Below are positions 11,891 to 24,785 of a stretch of 64,000 nucleotides of DNA, piece after piece (the first letter of the stretch is position 1; each line of letters begins with the position of its first letter). Under the pieces are notes generated by a model. The model was given only the letters and a program-made list of their open reading frames with translations, did not search any database and had not been told where the DNA came from. The DNA comes from Camelus ferus (Eukaryota): NCBI RefSeq assembly GCF_009834535.1, contig NC_045712.1, positions 10,726,001-10,790,000 of the forward strand. The letters are read 5' to 3'. Made by a program: the position numbers and the translations under genes.

Positions 11891-13010
11891 CTTGGGTTAG
11901 TTACGGTGAAGGCAGTGGTATGGGAAGTGGGGAGGGGTACCGCAGCTTTTTTTCCCTCTGTATGCTCTCTATTGTTTGAATTATTATTATTTTTTTCAGG
12001 GCATGTATTCCTGAAATGTATGGGGGAAAAAAAAGTGTAATAAAATAAATGAATGGGAAAAAGCTTGGTGCACAGTAGCTATTCAAGAAATGTTTTTTCA
12101 ATAAAGGAATGAATTTTGAATGAATGAATAACTAAATGAACAAATGAATGCATGGATTCATGTGTTTCCAGTGCTTCTGTTCCTCTATGTTTTGTGTGGA
12201 AGGAAGGAAGTGGTTTGTGATGGTCTGGGGTTAACAGTGGAGGGCCCAGGAAAGATCACATAAGATTTTCAAATTCCACCTACTAACTTTGCATTTTTCG
12301 ACATTATCGGTTTGCCTAATATTAACACTGGAAAACCTGTTAAAGAGTCAATTCTTTGCAGTAAAACCTTTTAACCTAATGCATTGCATTAACCTTTGAT
12401 TTGCATCAGGCTTTAGTGCAACGCACTGGAGGAAAGCTTAAAATAATATTTGGTTACTTCCATGGTTTTGTTCCAGTGGCCATGAATATGTATTCATATT
12501 AAACCCACTTGTCTAGGTATGAGCTGCTCTGTATGCTCAATGTATTAAACATTTTGTAGAAAAAGCATTTTAAGGCTTCTTGGATTTTTGCAGAAACCTT
12601 TTCTTCAGTGGCCTCTTTGCAAAGAAGCAAAACAAAACACATGCACGTCTGCGTCCTCGTGGAGACAGGAAACTGTATTTTTGCTTCTTCAAAATGCTGC
12701 TTATATTATAATACTGTAAATTTCAAATTGTCCTTGAGATTAGTGTCTAAATTGCTAATAATTGTTTAAAACATCCCTTTACCATGCTTTAGCACGCAGC
12801 CCATGTGGTTTCATAAAAAAGCATATTTATCATCATCAATATAAATCTCATTAAAAACACACATTAGGCACCCATCTGTACTGTTCTGGTACTGTACCAA
12901 AGGACTTTGGGGAAAAGAAATCCACAATGTAAGTCTGGGAAGGCCTTTAAAAGTCACTGTCAAGATTTATTTTAATTCCTGAAAGGTTTTAGTCTCTTAA
13001 ATATCTGGAT

Positions 13011-13089
13011 GTTTTCCCCCACCTTTATTGAGATGTAACTGACATATTACATTGTGTAAGTTTAAGGTGTACAATGTAATAATTGATGA
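13011..13089 (-). mobile_element. Very short L1M 3' end with a 14-bp TSD
   Basis: ctttattgagatgtaactgacat...aagtttaaggtgtacaatg; flanked by ttaaatatctggat (12997-13010) and ttaaatatctagat (13090-13103). Confidence 0.75.
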
Positions 13090-13755
13090 TTAAATATCTA
13101 GATTTCCTCCCACCCCCCCATATTTGTGGAGAATTTTCACTTTCTACTCAGTTGATTTCCTAATTTCGTTTTTTAAAAAAGTATTTGACCAGAGTCCACA
13201 TTGCACTGTTTTAGGCTAGAGTTAGCACGGTCACATGAGCGTTTCCTTTGGCTTTAATTGAAGCTGCCAAACTTGCTGGGTTGAATTCCCTTTAAAATAA
13301 ATGCTAAAATACAGCATTAACTATCCATGAGCAAATATCCTACCACAATATGTGAACCACCCAATATTTTCTTATCATACTAAAAAGTGTGAATTAAATT
13401 ATAATATGATGAGAAACTAGCAGTTCGTAGTAATTCCGACTGTGGCAATTCTTCACCAGCGCATAAGAATTTTCAGTGACTGTGAAAAACAGCAGAATGG
13501 TTTGAGCCTTGAAGCTTTCTTCCAACAACCAAAAAGGACCCAAAACAAGCAAGCATAGCTAAGCATTTCATCCTGGGAGCAGCTTACTGAATTAATCAGA
13601 CAAGTCAATTAATATTACGCTCTGTTGCTTCAGGATAAAACATAAAAATGGAAAAATGTGGAGCTGTTTACCATATTGAGATCAAGCCACTAGGAAGACT
13701 CTGAATAAAACATCCTCCTTTCTATAAGTACTAAAGAGTGACTTGGCCTGGCTTC

Positions 13756-14115
13756 TGCTATGAACTGCTATGAAATTCATTTGTTAAAGGACTAACCCCC
13801 AACGTGACTGCATTAGAATATGGGGCTCATACAGAGTAATTAAGTTTATATGAGGTCCTAAGAGTGGGGCCCTGATCCAATAGGATTAGTGTCCTTGTAA
13901 GAAAAGACACCAGGAAGCCCACTCTCTTCCTCCCGTGAGGACACAACGAGAAGGTGACCAGCCACAAGCTAGGAGGTGGGTTCTCACCAGGAATTGAATC
14001 CACCACATCTTGATCTTGGACTTCTGGCCTCCAGAATTGTGAGAAAATAAATTTCTGTTTTTTAAGCCACTCAGCGTGTGGTGTTTCATTATGGCGTCTC
14101 AAGCTGACTGACACA
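13756..14115 (+). mobile_element. MLT1A/B solo LTR, near full length
   Basis: tgctatg...gagtggggccctgatccaataggattagtgtccttgtaagaa...tcttggacttctggcctccagaattgtgagaaaataaatttctg...gactgacaca. Confidence 0.85.
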
Positions 14116-14194
14116 GACTCTCCAGTTCTTCTGTTTAGGGGCCTGGAGGAGAGGCGGTGGGGGACACCAGCTGGGGGCTCACCGACTGGTTCTC

Positions 14195-14500
14195 TTCTTC
14201 CTGGGGACACAGCTAGACTACATTTCCCAGCCTCCCTTGCAGTCAGGCAGGTCCATCAGCTCGAGTTCCGCTTCATGGGATGTGGGCTGTCCTATTTCTG
14301 ATCAGTTCCATAGACGTCCTGCACTTGCTCTCTCTTCCCTCCCTGCAGGTGGGAAATAGAGGCTCAAATGGAAGTTTCCATGAGCTCAGAAATGGTCGAG
14401 CCTTTCAGGAATTTTTAGCCTTGAGTCCGTGGCTGCCTGATCTATGGATAAAATTCCAGGCGTTCATGAGCTTGGCTAGAAAAATATTCCACCTCTATTT
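14195..14500 (+). mobile_element. MLT1 (H/I/J-like) LTR fragment
   Basis: cagctagactacatttcccagcctcccttgcagtcagg motif. Confidence 0.55.
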
Positions 14501-14509
14501 TTCATGAAA

Positions 14510-14910
14510 CTCTAACTTAAATTTACCATTTCCTTTTGTGATGAATGTGGACAAACAACCACAATGATGTAAGCACTACCTATGACTGTCATCTAGAGAA
14601 ATTACTGACACTTCACATCATGGTACCGTCACTGTAGATACTTTGAAAATTTTTTTCACTTACTACTGTTTTAAAATCATGGTAGTTATTAAACTCGTTG
14701 CTAGCTTTTGTTATTGGATGATTTAATAAAGAAGCAGATATATTATTATGTCACATTTAAAAAATACTTTGAGAATTGAATTTAATATGATTTTCTTTAA
14801 ATCCTATATATTGTATTTTACGCATTTAAAAACTATTGTCTTGAAAAAGAGTTGGCAAACTTCATCAGACTGCCCAAAGGGCCCAAGGCACAAATACATT
14901 AAGAATCTCA
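14510..14910. mobile_element. hAT-Charlie-type DNA transposon fragment
   Basis: gcatttaaaaactattgtcttgaaaaagag...cttcatcagactgcccaaagggcccaaggcacaaat...ttaagaatctcag terminal region. Confidence 0.55.
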
Positions 14911-15031
14911 GTGCCACATGAAAGGAGCCTGTGACGTGATGCTGTCAACATCTGTTGAGATAATCCACTGAGACTTCGAAATTGTTGTATTTGTTAGACT
15001 TTTGACACAAAAGGATTTATGCCTTCCAAGA

Positions 15032-15352
15032 CATGGGTTGGCAAAGGTTTTCTGTAAAGGGTCAGATGGTAAACATTCTGGGCTTTGCAGGCCACACATT
15101 GCAATAAATTGCAATTTTTCAGTTCTGTCCTTGCAGTGCAAAGACCACCACAGGCTGCATGTAAATGAACAGGCATGGCTGGATTCCAATAAAACTTTAT
15201 TTATAGACACTGGAATTTGAATTTCTTGTAATTTCGACATATCACTAGTATTATTCTTAAAAGTTTTTTTCAGCCATTTACATATATAAAAGCCATTCTT
15301 AGCTCATCAGTCATACAAAGGCAAGCAGGGGACTGTAGTTTGCCAAGCACTG
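15032..15352. mobile_element. MER58B hAT MITE
   Basis: catgggttggcaaaggttttctgtaaagggtcagatgg...ccaataaaactttatttatagacactgg...ccattcttagctc...gtagtttgccaagcactg. Confidence 0.8.
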
Positions 15353-16535
15353 GTCTGAGACACGGGTCAGGTGGAACTTCTGGGGAGGATTAGGGAGTGT
15401 AACTGTGTTAACTGCCGAACCTGCTGGATGACCCAATTCAGCCACGCAGACCTTACTGGAGATGTCCCCAAATGGCCATGTAGAGCAATTCTGCACTGAC
15501 TGCTCTTCATCAATCTAAATGCTTGTAACACCACATATGTCCTTAATTTTTAGTGATTCCCCACCCTGGCTGTGCTTTAGAAGAACATGAGGGGAATTAA
15601 AAAAAAATATGGAGGCCTGAGCCTTACACTGGACCCATTCAGTCAGGATCTCCGGGCTCTAGAGCTGCACACTGGCGTTCTTCCAAAGCTCCCAGATGAC
15701 GGGTGTCCAGCGAGGGAGGGAGCACCACAACACACGTGCACCGTCCCTGGCCCGTGCCCACAACGCGGCGTGAGCCAACATGGACATTCTCTTCCCAGGT
15801 CCCCACTTTCTTTCATTTCTATTAGGTTGAAAACAGTGCATATTTTGGTTAAATAAATAGAAAACTTCTTCTCTAACACGCACCATGTCATCAGGCCAGT
15901 GCTGGTGCCAAATATGAAGGACTGGAGGTAGCCTTTTGTCCAGAAATTGACAACTGGTACTTCAAGGAACAGTTTTGTCCACTTGTCTTTTTAAAATTCT
16001 TTTTCTGCTCTTCCTCTTTCTTTTTTCCCCCTTCTCAGGCTCTCTGCCTCCATCCTTCTCTCCTTCTTGGCTCCTTCTCCATCTCGTCCTTCCAACATAT
16101 ATTTACTGAGAATTTATGGTGTGATGTGGATTCTAGATGTCCTGAGAGTTGTTTTGGTTTGCCTGTGCATAGCCTTAAAAAGGTTTAATTATTTCCCACC
16201 ATTTAAAAACAGGGAGATTTCACTGAACCACTAGAGGAGATGGAGATACTGAAGCTTTCCTCTTGGTCACAGTCAAGTTCAGCTGAGTAACAGGGTCCCT
16301 TTCCACTGGGAGAGAAGGTTCTTTCTACGTGGCTATGTTCTCACTGTTTCCAAACCTCTTATACACCCCTACACTTCTTCACGTAGCTGGAAGTTTTCAC
16401 CCTGTAGAAATTTGAGCTGTGACCTCCTACCTGAGCCACTTAAAAAAAAATCCATAAGCTGCACCTTTCCTCTCACACCTGCAACTAAGTGCCGAGTTCC
16501 TATGTGAAAGCAAGACATTCCATCATCATCCGTAT

Positions 16536-16753
16536 CAGAGGTCTGCCAGCGATAGCTTGCACACCAAATCTAGCCTGTCGCTTGATTTTGTAAATAATTT
16601 TGTAAATAAATTATATTGGAATACAGCCCAGTCCATTTGTTTACGCATTGTCTATGCCTCCTTTCACGCTCTGATGGCAAATTTAGCAGCTGCCTACAGA
16701 GTCTAAAATAATCACTTTCTGGCCTTTTACAGACAAAAGTTTGCTAACTGATG
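16536..16753. mobile_element. MER58A hAT MITE
   Basis: ttttgtaaataa (tandemly duplicated)...attggaatacagccc...ttgtttacgcattgtctatg...ctggccttttacagacaaaagtttgctaac. Confidence 0.8.
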
Positions 16754-17689
16754 ATCTAGGTATCTTATGTAAAAAATTTGTATATCTGGACGTCTGTTAG
16801 CACCTGGTTGATTTCATGTTTAGCTTTTCCTTCAGATATTTCAGATTGTGGCATCCACTTTTTCTCACGTGGCCCATTAGCCACGCAGAGGTCCTGGTAG
16901 GGGGCAGCAGCATCATTCTCCCGTCTATTAGGAGACAGCTTCAGTAATAGGGAACCAATGCGGAGAGACGTTACTGGCATCTGTTGTTATTCTTTTACTG
17001 AAATACCTTTGCCTTCATACTAATTTGTCACAGTTATTTTTTTTTTCAGTCAATTGTTCCTTGAAAGAGCCATTAAGAGAAACATTTTATTTCATCTTAT
17101 TATGTAAATGTTACTTTGCTAGGAGAACAAAATCATTGCTCGACTTGACAGCACATTCCCACTTACTCCCAACCTCATCGAACCATACTGTGCGATAGGA
17201 ACTGTGATGGAGGGAAAGAGCTAATGGGTGGAGGGCACCAGACCATTTTAAACACTAGGACTGCAGCTAATCGACTTGAAACGTGGGTAGGATATTATGT
17301 TTATTTTATGTCTCCAGTCAGCAGGAAAAAAGATCCAGTTTATTGGGTTAGAGCAAAAAGCTTGGCAGCAGGAAGACACCCATCACAGGGCTTAATCCTC
17401 CTCCCAGGAAAAGCTAGTCTGACCGGAAAAAAAAATTTTTTTTAAGTTTCTTCTTTTATCTCCATCTTCTCCCTACCTCTGCTCAACCAAAAAGGGCTCA
17501 TGAAAATAAGATTTGTTCCCTATAAAGTGCTCACTCTGTAACGCATTCCCAGTCTGCCTCTGTCCTAGGCAACGGGCTTTCTGATGAACTTCAGAGACTG
17601 TGGTTCCAATCAAGAGAAAACATAACAGGATATAATAACTCCCCGACCCCGATTAGTTTGAAGCAAATCATATCTTCAATCAGCTGTCA

Positions 17690-18065
17690 TGGATGGAACT
17701 CATGTGAATCTTGACCCAAAAGATTCACTGAAAAATTATAAAACAATCAGAAGGACACAAACATCACTGACTTGGTATTTGATGATATTAACGGCACTGT
17801 TGATTGTTTATTAGTTTTGAGAATCATATTGTGATGATTTTTGAAAAAAAGAAATACCTTATCTTATACAGTATGATATATTTACAGATGAAATAATATG
17901 ATTTGCTTTGAAATAATCTGGGGTGGGGGGAATTGGTGGGGATGTGGATGAAACAAGGTGGGTCATGTACTAGCATTTGCTAAAGCTGGGTGGTGGGTAA
18001 ACAAGTATTCATTGTATCATTTGATCTTCTTTTACTTGTGCTTGAAATTTTCTATATTAAGAAAG
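17690..18065 (+). mobile_element. L1MC/L1ME 3' UTR fragment
   Basis: tggtatttgatgatatta...atatttacagatgaaataatatgatttgctttgaaataatctgggg...ggatgaaacaagg...aagctgggtggtggg. Confidence 0.7.
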
Positions 18066-19668
18066 GCAAAAAGAACTCCAGCACGGAACAAAATGGAACC
18101 GGAAATCTTCAAGCTTGTTCCGGGGCTTTGGCCTTAGAGCTGCAAGTTCTAAGAGCACACAGGGTAGAGTGAGGACTTGAAGACTCACTTTTTAATCAAA
18201 TGCTTAATTTAGGTTTGCAGTTTAGGACTTCAAAGCCCCCTCTATTAAATCCATGTGTCTCACATAACTCAAATGTCACTGAAATCTATTAAATATCTCA
18301 GAAGTTACAAAACCAACGTAATGACCACCATTTTCTAGCAAATTGAAAGACTCTCCCCAATAGACTTTTAGCCTATTCTGAGTTACTGTAAGAGTGGGTT
18401 TGATCTGACCCAAATCTTTATTCTTAGAAATCATCTTGAATAAATGTGAAATGCTGAGTGATCAGTTTGAAATCTGAATTTCACCTTCATCAGAGAGATG
18501 ATGAATTGTATGTTCGGATTAAAATACTTGACAAAAAGAATTTGTATTTCCAGTTGTAGAGTTTCCAGTGCTTATTTTAGGAAGCCAAATGGAATTATCA
18601 TTGAAAAATTTCAGACATGTCTCTAACCCTACTGAGATTTAGAAGTCTACTACGGTGTTTAGGAGGAGAAAGGCATTTTTTAATAAAATGCCTTCTTTTC
18701 TCCTCTCTTTGGGACTATGGTCAATGTTTAAGCCAAATTACTGTTTCATCAAAACCCCATCAAACATGCAGATGTGGTTCACACGAGGCTGTAGAAAGCA
18801 TTTTCACAGTGATTTCGGTCAGTGGCCAACAGGCTGGGATACTAGTTTTGAAAAAGTCTGCGCTTCCTTGCCCACCTCTGCTAAGTTACTCTCAAGGCAT
18901 ATTTTATTTTAAAAAAGAATTGCAAATAAAAATGAAGTATTTGGAGAATTTTAGACTCTCACTATTAGAGACATCCTTGTGTGTACCAAAACTTAGTTGG
19001 GGAATTACTGACTTAGATCCTGATTTTAAGCCTTCAGCGCTTGGAACGGGCCAATTCATGCAACAAAAATCTGAAAAAAATTCTTTTTGTTTTCTTTCTT
19101 TTGTGACACCAGTAGCCTCTGGTGCTACCTCAGCTCTGCAAACAGCTACTTAATTTCACATCTGAAGCCTTCCCATGCCTTCAGGCTCTCATACCTGCTT
19201 TTTTAAAAGCAGAATCAAGTCAGAATAAAAAGTCTTTGAGAAACAGAAAAACACCCTAAATAGCTGGGAAGTGCTTCCCCTCCACCACCCAATTTCAAAG
19301 CACCCTTGAACTATGAAGTTGTTGAGTTCCTTCTTGAGAAACATATCATCGTTGAGCCATTAAGGGATGTTGCAAATTCTGACAAATGCCACGCATCCTA
19401 ATAGTATTAATTTAAAAAAGAAAACCCAAACAGAATCCTGTGAATATTCCATGGGTCACTGGGTAAGAGTACATTCTACATGGCTATCTTCAAAGTCGAA
19501 CGGAACGAGAGAGAGAGGCTGGTGAAAGCAACTGATACAGCAGCTTAAATAGTCCTTGAAGGGGTCCCTAAGCGGTGGTGAGTGGTGGCTAATTATCAGT
19601 TTGGAAATCCAGAAAGTCACAGTGCAGAGTGTTTACATGCTTTGATTCTTTTTGCATGCTATTAAGAA

Positions 19669-20904
19669 CATAGCTCTCAACGAGGGCAGTTACCTTACCC
19701 TCAGGGGCCGCGTGGACACTGGTGCAGTGATTTCTTGTTAACAGGGGGTCATGGGCTGTTACTGCTATGTGGGAGGCGGGGGGAAGTGCAGTGCAAGAGA
19801 GAACTTCTGCTCGAGGGAGAATTACGGTCCCGGTGAATTCTTAATGTTGCACTGAAGATTAATATAAGTGAAAAACCTGTTTATAATGATCTGAGCTCAG
19901 AACTGAACTCAGATACAAAAAAGTAATATTTTTGGATATGTTAAAAAAAATCGAGGCATAATAAGCATCCATAAAATCCACCCTTTAAAACAGTGTATCA
20001 GCCCATGGTTTGCAGTCTATGCACAAGGTGGTGCCACCATCACTGCTGTCTAATTACAGACCATCTTCATCTACCTCGCACGGCCGATCAGCAGTCACTC
20101 TCCCATTCCCCCTCTTCCTGCTAGCCCCTGGAAAGTAACCTACTTTCTGCCTCTATAGATTTGCCTGTTTTTCTGGACATTTCATATGAATAGAACCATA
20201 CAGCACGTGACCTTTTGTGCTTGGTTTCGTTCACTCAGCAAGTGATAGCCAAGTTCATCCACGCGGTGGCATGTATCAGTACTTCCTTCCCTCTTGCGGT
20301 CGAATCACAGTCTATTGTATGATAAGCCGCGTTCCGTTTCATCCGTTCAACTGATGGACATTTGTGCTGGCCAGATTTTGACATATGCTAAAATCACTCA
20401 GAAGTGCAACTGCCATGTAAATGAAGGCAAGAGTGTCCTGTTTTGCTCTGACTTTTACTAAGACTTAGTCACCATTTTGGAAAAATTATATTACCAATAG
20501 GTACATGGATTGTGAATTTGAGTCAGTAATAAACCTATTTGTTTGTATTTACAGATGTGTTTTTGGTTTTATGTATATACACCTTTTATTTAGTCTGTAT
20601 TTTAAACTATAGTGTATCAACAGTACCTGGATGAATTTTACTTCTCTTAAATCTAAACTTACGATGCTCAAACCTTTAGGTATTTCATTACATCTATGAT
20701 ATTATATGCTAGAGAATTTACAAAGTAAAAGAAATGTTATTTTATTACAAATTGATTCTTTCATTTGTTTTATATTTGTGCATTATATTAATTTTTTTTT
20801 GAAATTACACAATTGGGGAGGTCATACTATCCGTGAATTTCATTTCAGAAGAGTGAAGTGATGTCCGAAGGGGCCATTGGATCTTTCAGGGTTGATAATC
20901 ACTG
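19669..20904. mobile_element. MER20B-like hAT-Charlie element, split by L1MB
   Basis: Left end catagctctcaacgagggc..., internal gtgaaaaacctgtttataatgatctgagc, right end ...gggttgataatcactg. Confidence 0.6.
19950..20375 (-). mobile_element. L1MB 3' UTR fragment
   Basis: gatttgcctgtttttctggacatttcatatgaatagaaccatacagcacgtgacctt...gttcatccacgcggtggcatgtatcagtacttc; decayed TSD-like copies at 19930-19946 and 20376-20393. Confidence 0.8.
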
Positions 20905-22522
20905 TATCAAGGCAGGACTATAAAGAGATTATCTTGCAGGGCGATGCCCCTTTGACATAAGCCACACGTGTCTTTGGCGGCATTTGTATGCATTCAGGCC
21001 TTGCTCAGCTCCTGAGGGTATTTGGGAAAGCGTTCTGCATTTTGCTGTCAGACGCTGGATAAATTCACCATAAGGACAAATTAATTAGCAATGGTCATGG
21101 CCCCTCTGAGTTAGCACTGACTGTTCGCGTTTAACAATTTTCTTCCACATAAGGAAAACAAAACTTGCAATGAAGTAAAGAAATATCTGATGGTCTTTTA
21201 TTTAGGCATTCCTGAAAAGAACACTGAGATCATAAGTAGTGCATTAAAAGTGAAATGTGAAATAGAGTTGAGAGATTTTTGTCTAGACAAATTCTCACTT
21301 ACCGAATTAGCCACTACTCACAGATCTCATTGCACTTTAAAATCTGGTACATAATTAGATGATGTCTGTAAGTTGATAAACCACTTAAAGACAGTGGAGA
21401 CATCCCCGGCTAAAATATTCAGTGACTTGCTCAATTTTACATTTTTAAACAAATTCCCGCCTTCAGCTGTTTCGTTTTTGACCTATTTGGCTTTGGTCTG
21501 CTTCCCTGTTATCCAACTTCCAGCTGGAAGTTGTAGCTCTACCTGACCGAACATCCCTGAGGTCTTTTGGCCAGTCTCTGTAACAAGGGCTGTTGATTTA
21601 TTATAAAATTACTGTGACTCCAATTCATTTTCATCATCACCCCCTTAATGCTCTGTCTGGTTAGTGATGAAGCTGGCTCATTCCAGGTGTGGCCAACTTA
21701 CTCTGAAGAAACAGATGCCACTGAAATTGGGAAGGAGGACCTTTTATTTCTTTGCTGGTGAACAATGCTTCTGGGGCAGGGCAGGGACATTTGTCTGTCT
21801 AAACCAGGCCATCTGGTTACAGGCAGTTGGAGCTGCTCTTCAGAATTAAGAATTTGTTACATCATAAGCATCTGACATTACAGAGTATCTTTAATTCCGT
21901 TTTCACTCTACTGATAAGACATTAGGCTCAGATAATCACAGATGCTGAGAAACACAAGATTCCTTCGGCACGAATCCTTCTACAGCACCCCTAAGCATTC
22001 TCCTGGTCTAGGTTTGAACACCACTCATAACAAGACACTCACAACCTACTAAAGAAAGTCAATCAGGTAAGTTGTTTTTAAACAGAAATACATTTAGTTA
22101 TAAATTCTACCTGCTCTTTAGAAACTAATCCTTCTTCTAAATGGTAGACCTTCAAATATGAAAGTGCAGCTTCTCATTTCTGACCTGCTAGTCATCGACC
22201 TCCCTGAAGTGTTTATAATCAAAAATAAATGCTTTCCTCTGTCTACTTGCTTGAACTTGATTTAATCATGCGAGGTAGTCCACGACCAGTTTGACTGTGG
22301 ATCTTCTGTAATACTGGTCTATATAACCACGTCAACACTCTCTTTCACACGGTTGATAAGAAAAAAATGCCCAGGACACAGCTGGGACAGAACTCAGGAT
22401 TCTGCTACTAGAAATCTTTCTCCAGGAAACAATTATTCTGTAAATTCAAAACATCTAAATATGACTATTCATCATGCCATTAGCTCACGTAACTTTTTAC
22501 TATCATCCAGCCTTCTCTATAA

Positions 22523-22735
22523 CATACCAGGGAACAGTAGACTATAAAGAACCAAACAGTAAATATTTCAGACTTTCTGAGGATAAAACCTCTGTTGCAG
22601 GCACTCAGCTGCTGTTGTAGTGCAAAAGCAGCGACAGCCAGTATGTAAACGCGTGTCTATGTTACAATGTAATTCTCCTTACAGAAACAGGCAGCGTGCC
22701 AGATTCACGTAAGGCCATAGTTTGCCTAGACTCAG
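22523..22735. mobile_element. MER58A hAT MITE
   Basis: cagtaaatatttcagacttt...ctcagctgctgttgtagtgcaaaagcagc...ggccatagtttgcc. Confidence 0.7.
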
Positions 22736-22772
22736 ACCTGGCAAATGTCCAGATATAACACGTCCCTCAGGT

Positions 22773-22792
22773 AAACAAACAAACAAACAAAC
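22773..22792. repeat. (AAAC)5 microsatellite
   Basis: Read directly. Confidence 0.9.
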
Positions 22793-22859
22793 CTTAGACT
22801 AGTTAAAGAAAAGAGAGAGGGCAATGAAAAAGTTGTCTTGCAGGGTATTTTTCTCAGTA

Positions 22860-23720
22860 AACCCAAGTTGGCTCCTGGTGATCACTGTTTCCCTAACTAT
22901 TCCCCACAAATTCCTTAAATGATCTACTCTGGAATTTTGCCCTGGGCTGACCTCAGGGTCACTGGTCTACAGTTTTCAGAATCCACTTTCTCCTTTTGAC
23001 AGTTGTAACTGTATTTAACTTATACCAGACTTTTGGCGCCTCGCCCAGATACTTCACAATTCCCTAGAACTGGCATGGTAATTATATGACAGGTTTTTCT
23101 CCCCTTGGTACTAGAAATGCGATTTCCCTTATGCACGCAGTGATATGCTGCAGCTGGCTCTCATTGGCTTGCGAGGGTCAGTCATCTCTTCCCCATGTGA
23201 TGTTGGCAGCCTGAAATCAGCCATGGTGGGAGTATTTACACCTCAGAAATCCTAACGTGCACAAACCAGGGTTTTATTCCTCCCCCCATCCCTGCACGCA
23301 GGGTGCCTGAATCATTGAGGAGAGCTAGACGCTGTCTTACCAGTCTCTTCCCCGACCTTGAGTTTACTTCTCTCTTAACAATATTCCTTCCAGACATTTT
23401 TGCCAGAAGATAACTTTTGTTGACATAGAAGAAACAGAAATAATATAGTTGCTTGAGAAAAACTTGAATTTTCTATCACTTATACATTATTGGCTTCACC
23501 CAGTAGGTGTGTCCTACTTGCTTTGAATGTAGCTACAAAAAGTTTTTTACGTTGACCTTAACATTTCTGGAAGTCAATTTAAGTCAATCTGACTCCTTAC
23601 ATCCTTGTAGGACAATATCCTTAGAAGACTCCATTACTCTTATAGTCTTTCCTGATTATTTGCCTTTGCAAAATCTTCTACTTATGCTCTTTAAAATTTC
23701 AAACTGGTACTTTAACTAGT
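22860..23720 (-). mobile_element. L3/CR1 LINE ORF2 remnant, interrupted by MER63
   Basis: ggctcctggtgatcact...tctggaattttgccctggg...actggtctacagttttcagaatccactttc...ttttggcgcctcgccc resembles the reverse of L3 ORF2. Confidence 0.6.
23140..23300. mobile_element. MER63-type hAT-Blackjack MITE
   Basis: gtgatatgctgcagctggctc...gttggcagcctgaaatcagccatggtgggagtatttacacc. Confidence 0.7.
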
Positions 23721-24785
23721 TCACCATGTCCCCCCATTGTTATGATGTGCGGTTGCCTGCACAGAATCCCATTTCTGGGAACCCCTTCAAGAAGTTTAAG
23801 TCTGTCAGCACCAGCTGGTGGGATCTGCTGACCTTCCACTGCTTCCTTCCAGTCCCGAAGCTGGTGATCCCAAAGGCTGAATCAATGGAAGTTTAATCCA
23901 CTTACTCTATTTCAGTACAAGTGGTTGACCTCTTTTTGGGAACTTGGCATGCCCCCAGTCTAGCATAACCAGTATCCATTGCTGTACACATAGTGTTCTC
24001 AGGGGCAACAGCAGGAAAGGTTGCAGGTTATAGGCAGTGGACTGCAAACTAGCTCTATTTCCATCATTTTTCTTCCCCCACCACCAGAGGAAGCACGTGA
24101 GAATGCAAATCCATGAGAATAATGTGATTTTAGGTCAGATTTGGAAACTTGTGCCTCATAGACAGAAAAGTCTTTGGTCAATCTTTTAATTAAAGTTCAA
24201 TTGGTTATAAATATGTAAAATTTGGAGATTTTATATAATCCTCTGAATTTCTGGATTTTCTTAAGAAAAATCCCCCAAACAGAAGATCTGGGCCATATTA
24301 GCTCCCTAATGCTGCCTGGCAGCAAAAGGCTGGGGCCAAGTGCTGGCTGCTGGAACCAGCCGTGTGCCACTCCTCCACCCTCCTCACTGTGTGCTGAGAC
24401 CTTACGGGTGACCCTGGTTAGCTACCTTGTGTGACCTGGCTAGCTTCTCTGGGCATCTATGTCTTGTAGACCCTGTTTGAGAACTACCCATGAACCAACA
24501 ATAATTGCTTTAAAAATGTATATTGCTTTAGGGAAAGGAGCTACTTCCAACTCACTTCATGAAGAATGGCCACATATCCACGTGTCACGGCCTAAAGGTT
24601 GAGAATCACTGTCTTAAGGAAAGTCTGGGCTCAGGTTTTCCTCACGGTTTGCATGGGAGTCTACCTCTGGCTACAGCCTCTCTAAGCAGATGGAATTAGG
24701 GCTGGATGAACATCCCCTGATCTATAAATAAAGCTGGTTATGGTTGGGCTCCTGGCTTTCATGTTTGCTAGTTGGTTATTATTTT

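Noticed and set aside
18670-18694. 10-bp inverted repeat aaggcatttt/aaaatgcctt
   Set aside because: Short and AT-rich; plausible by chance in 64 kb.
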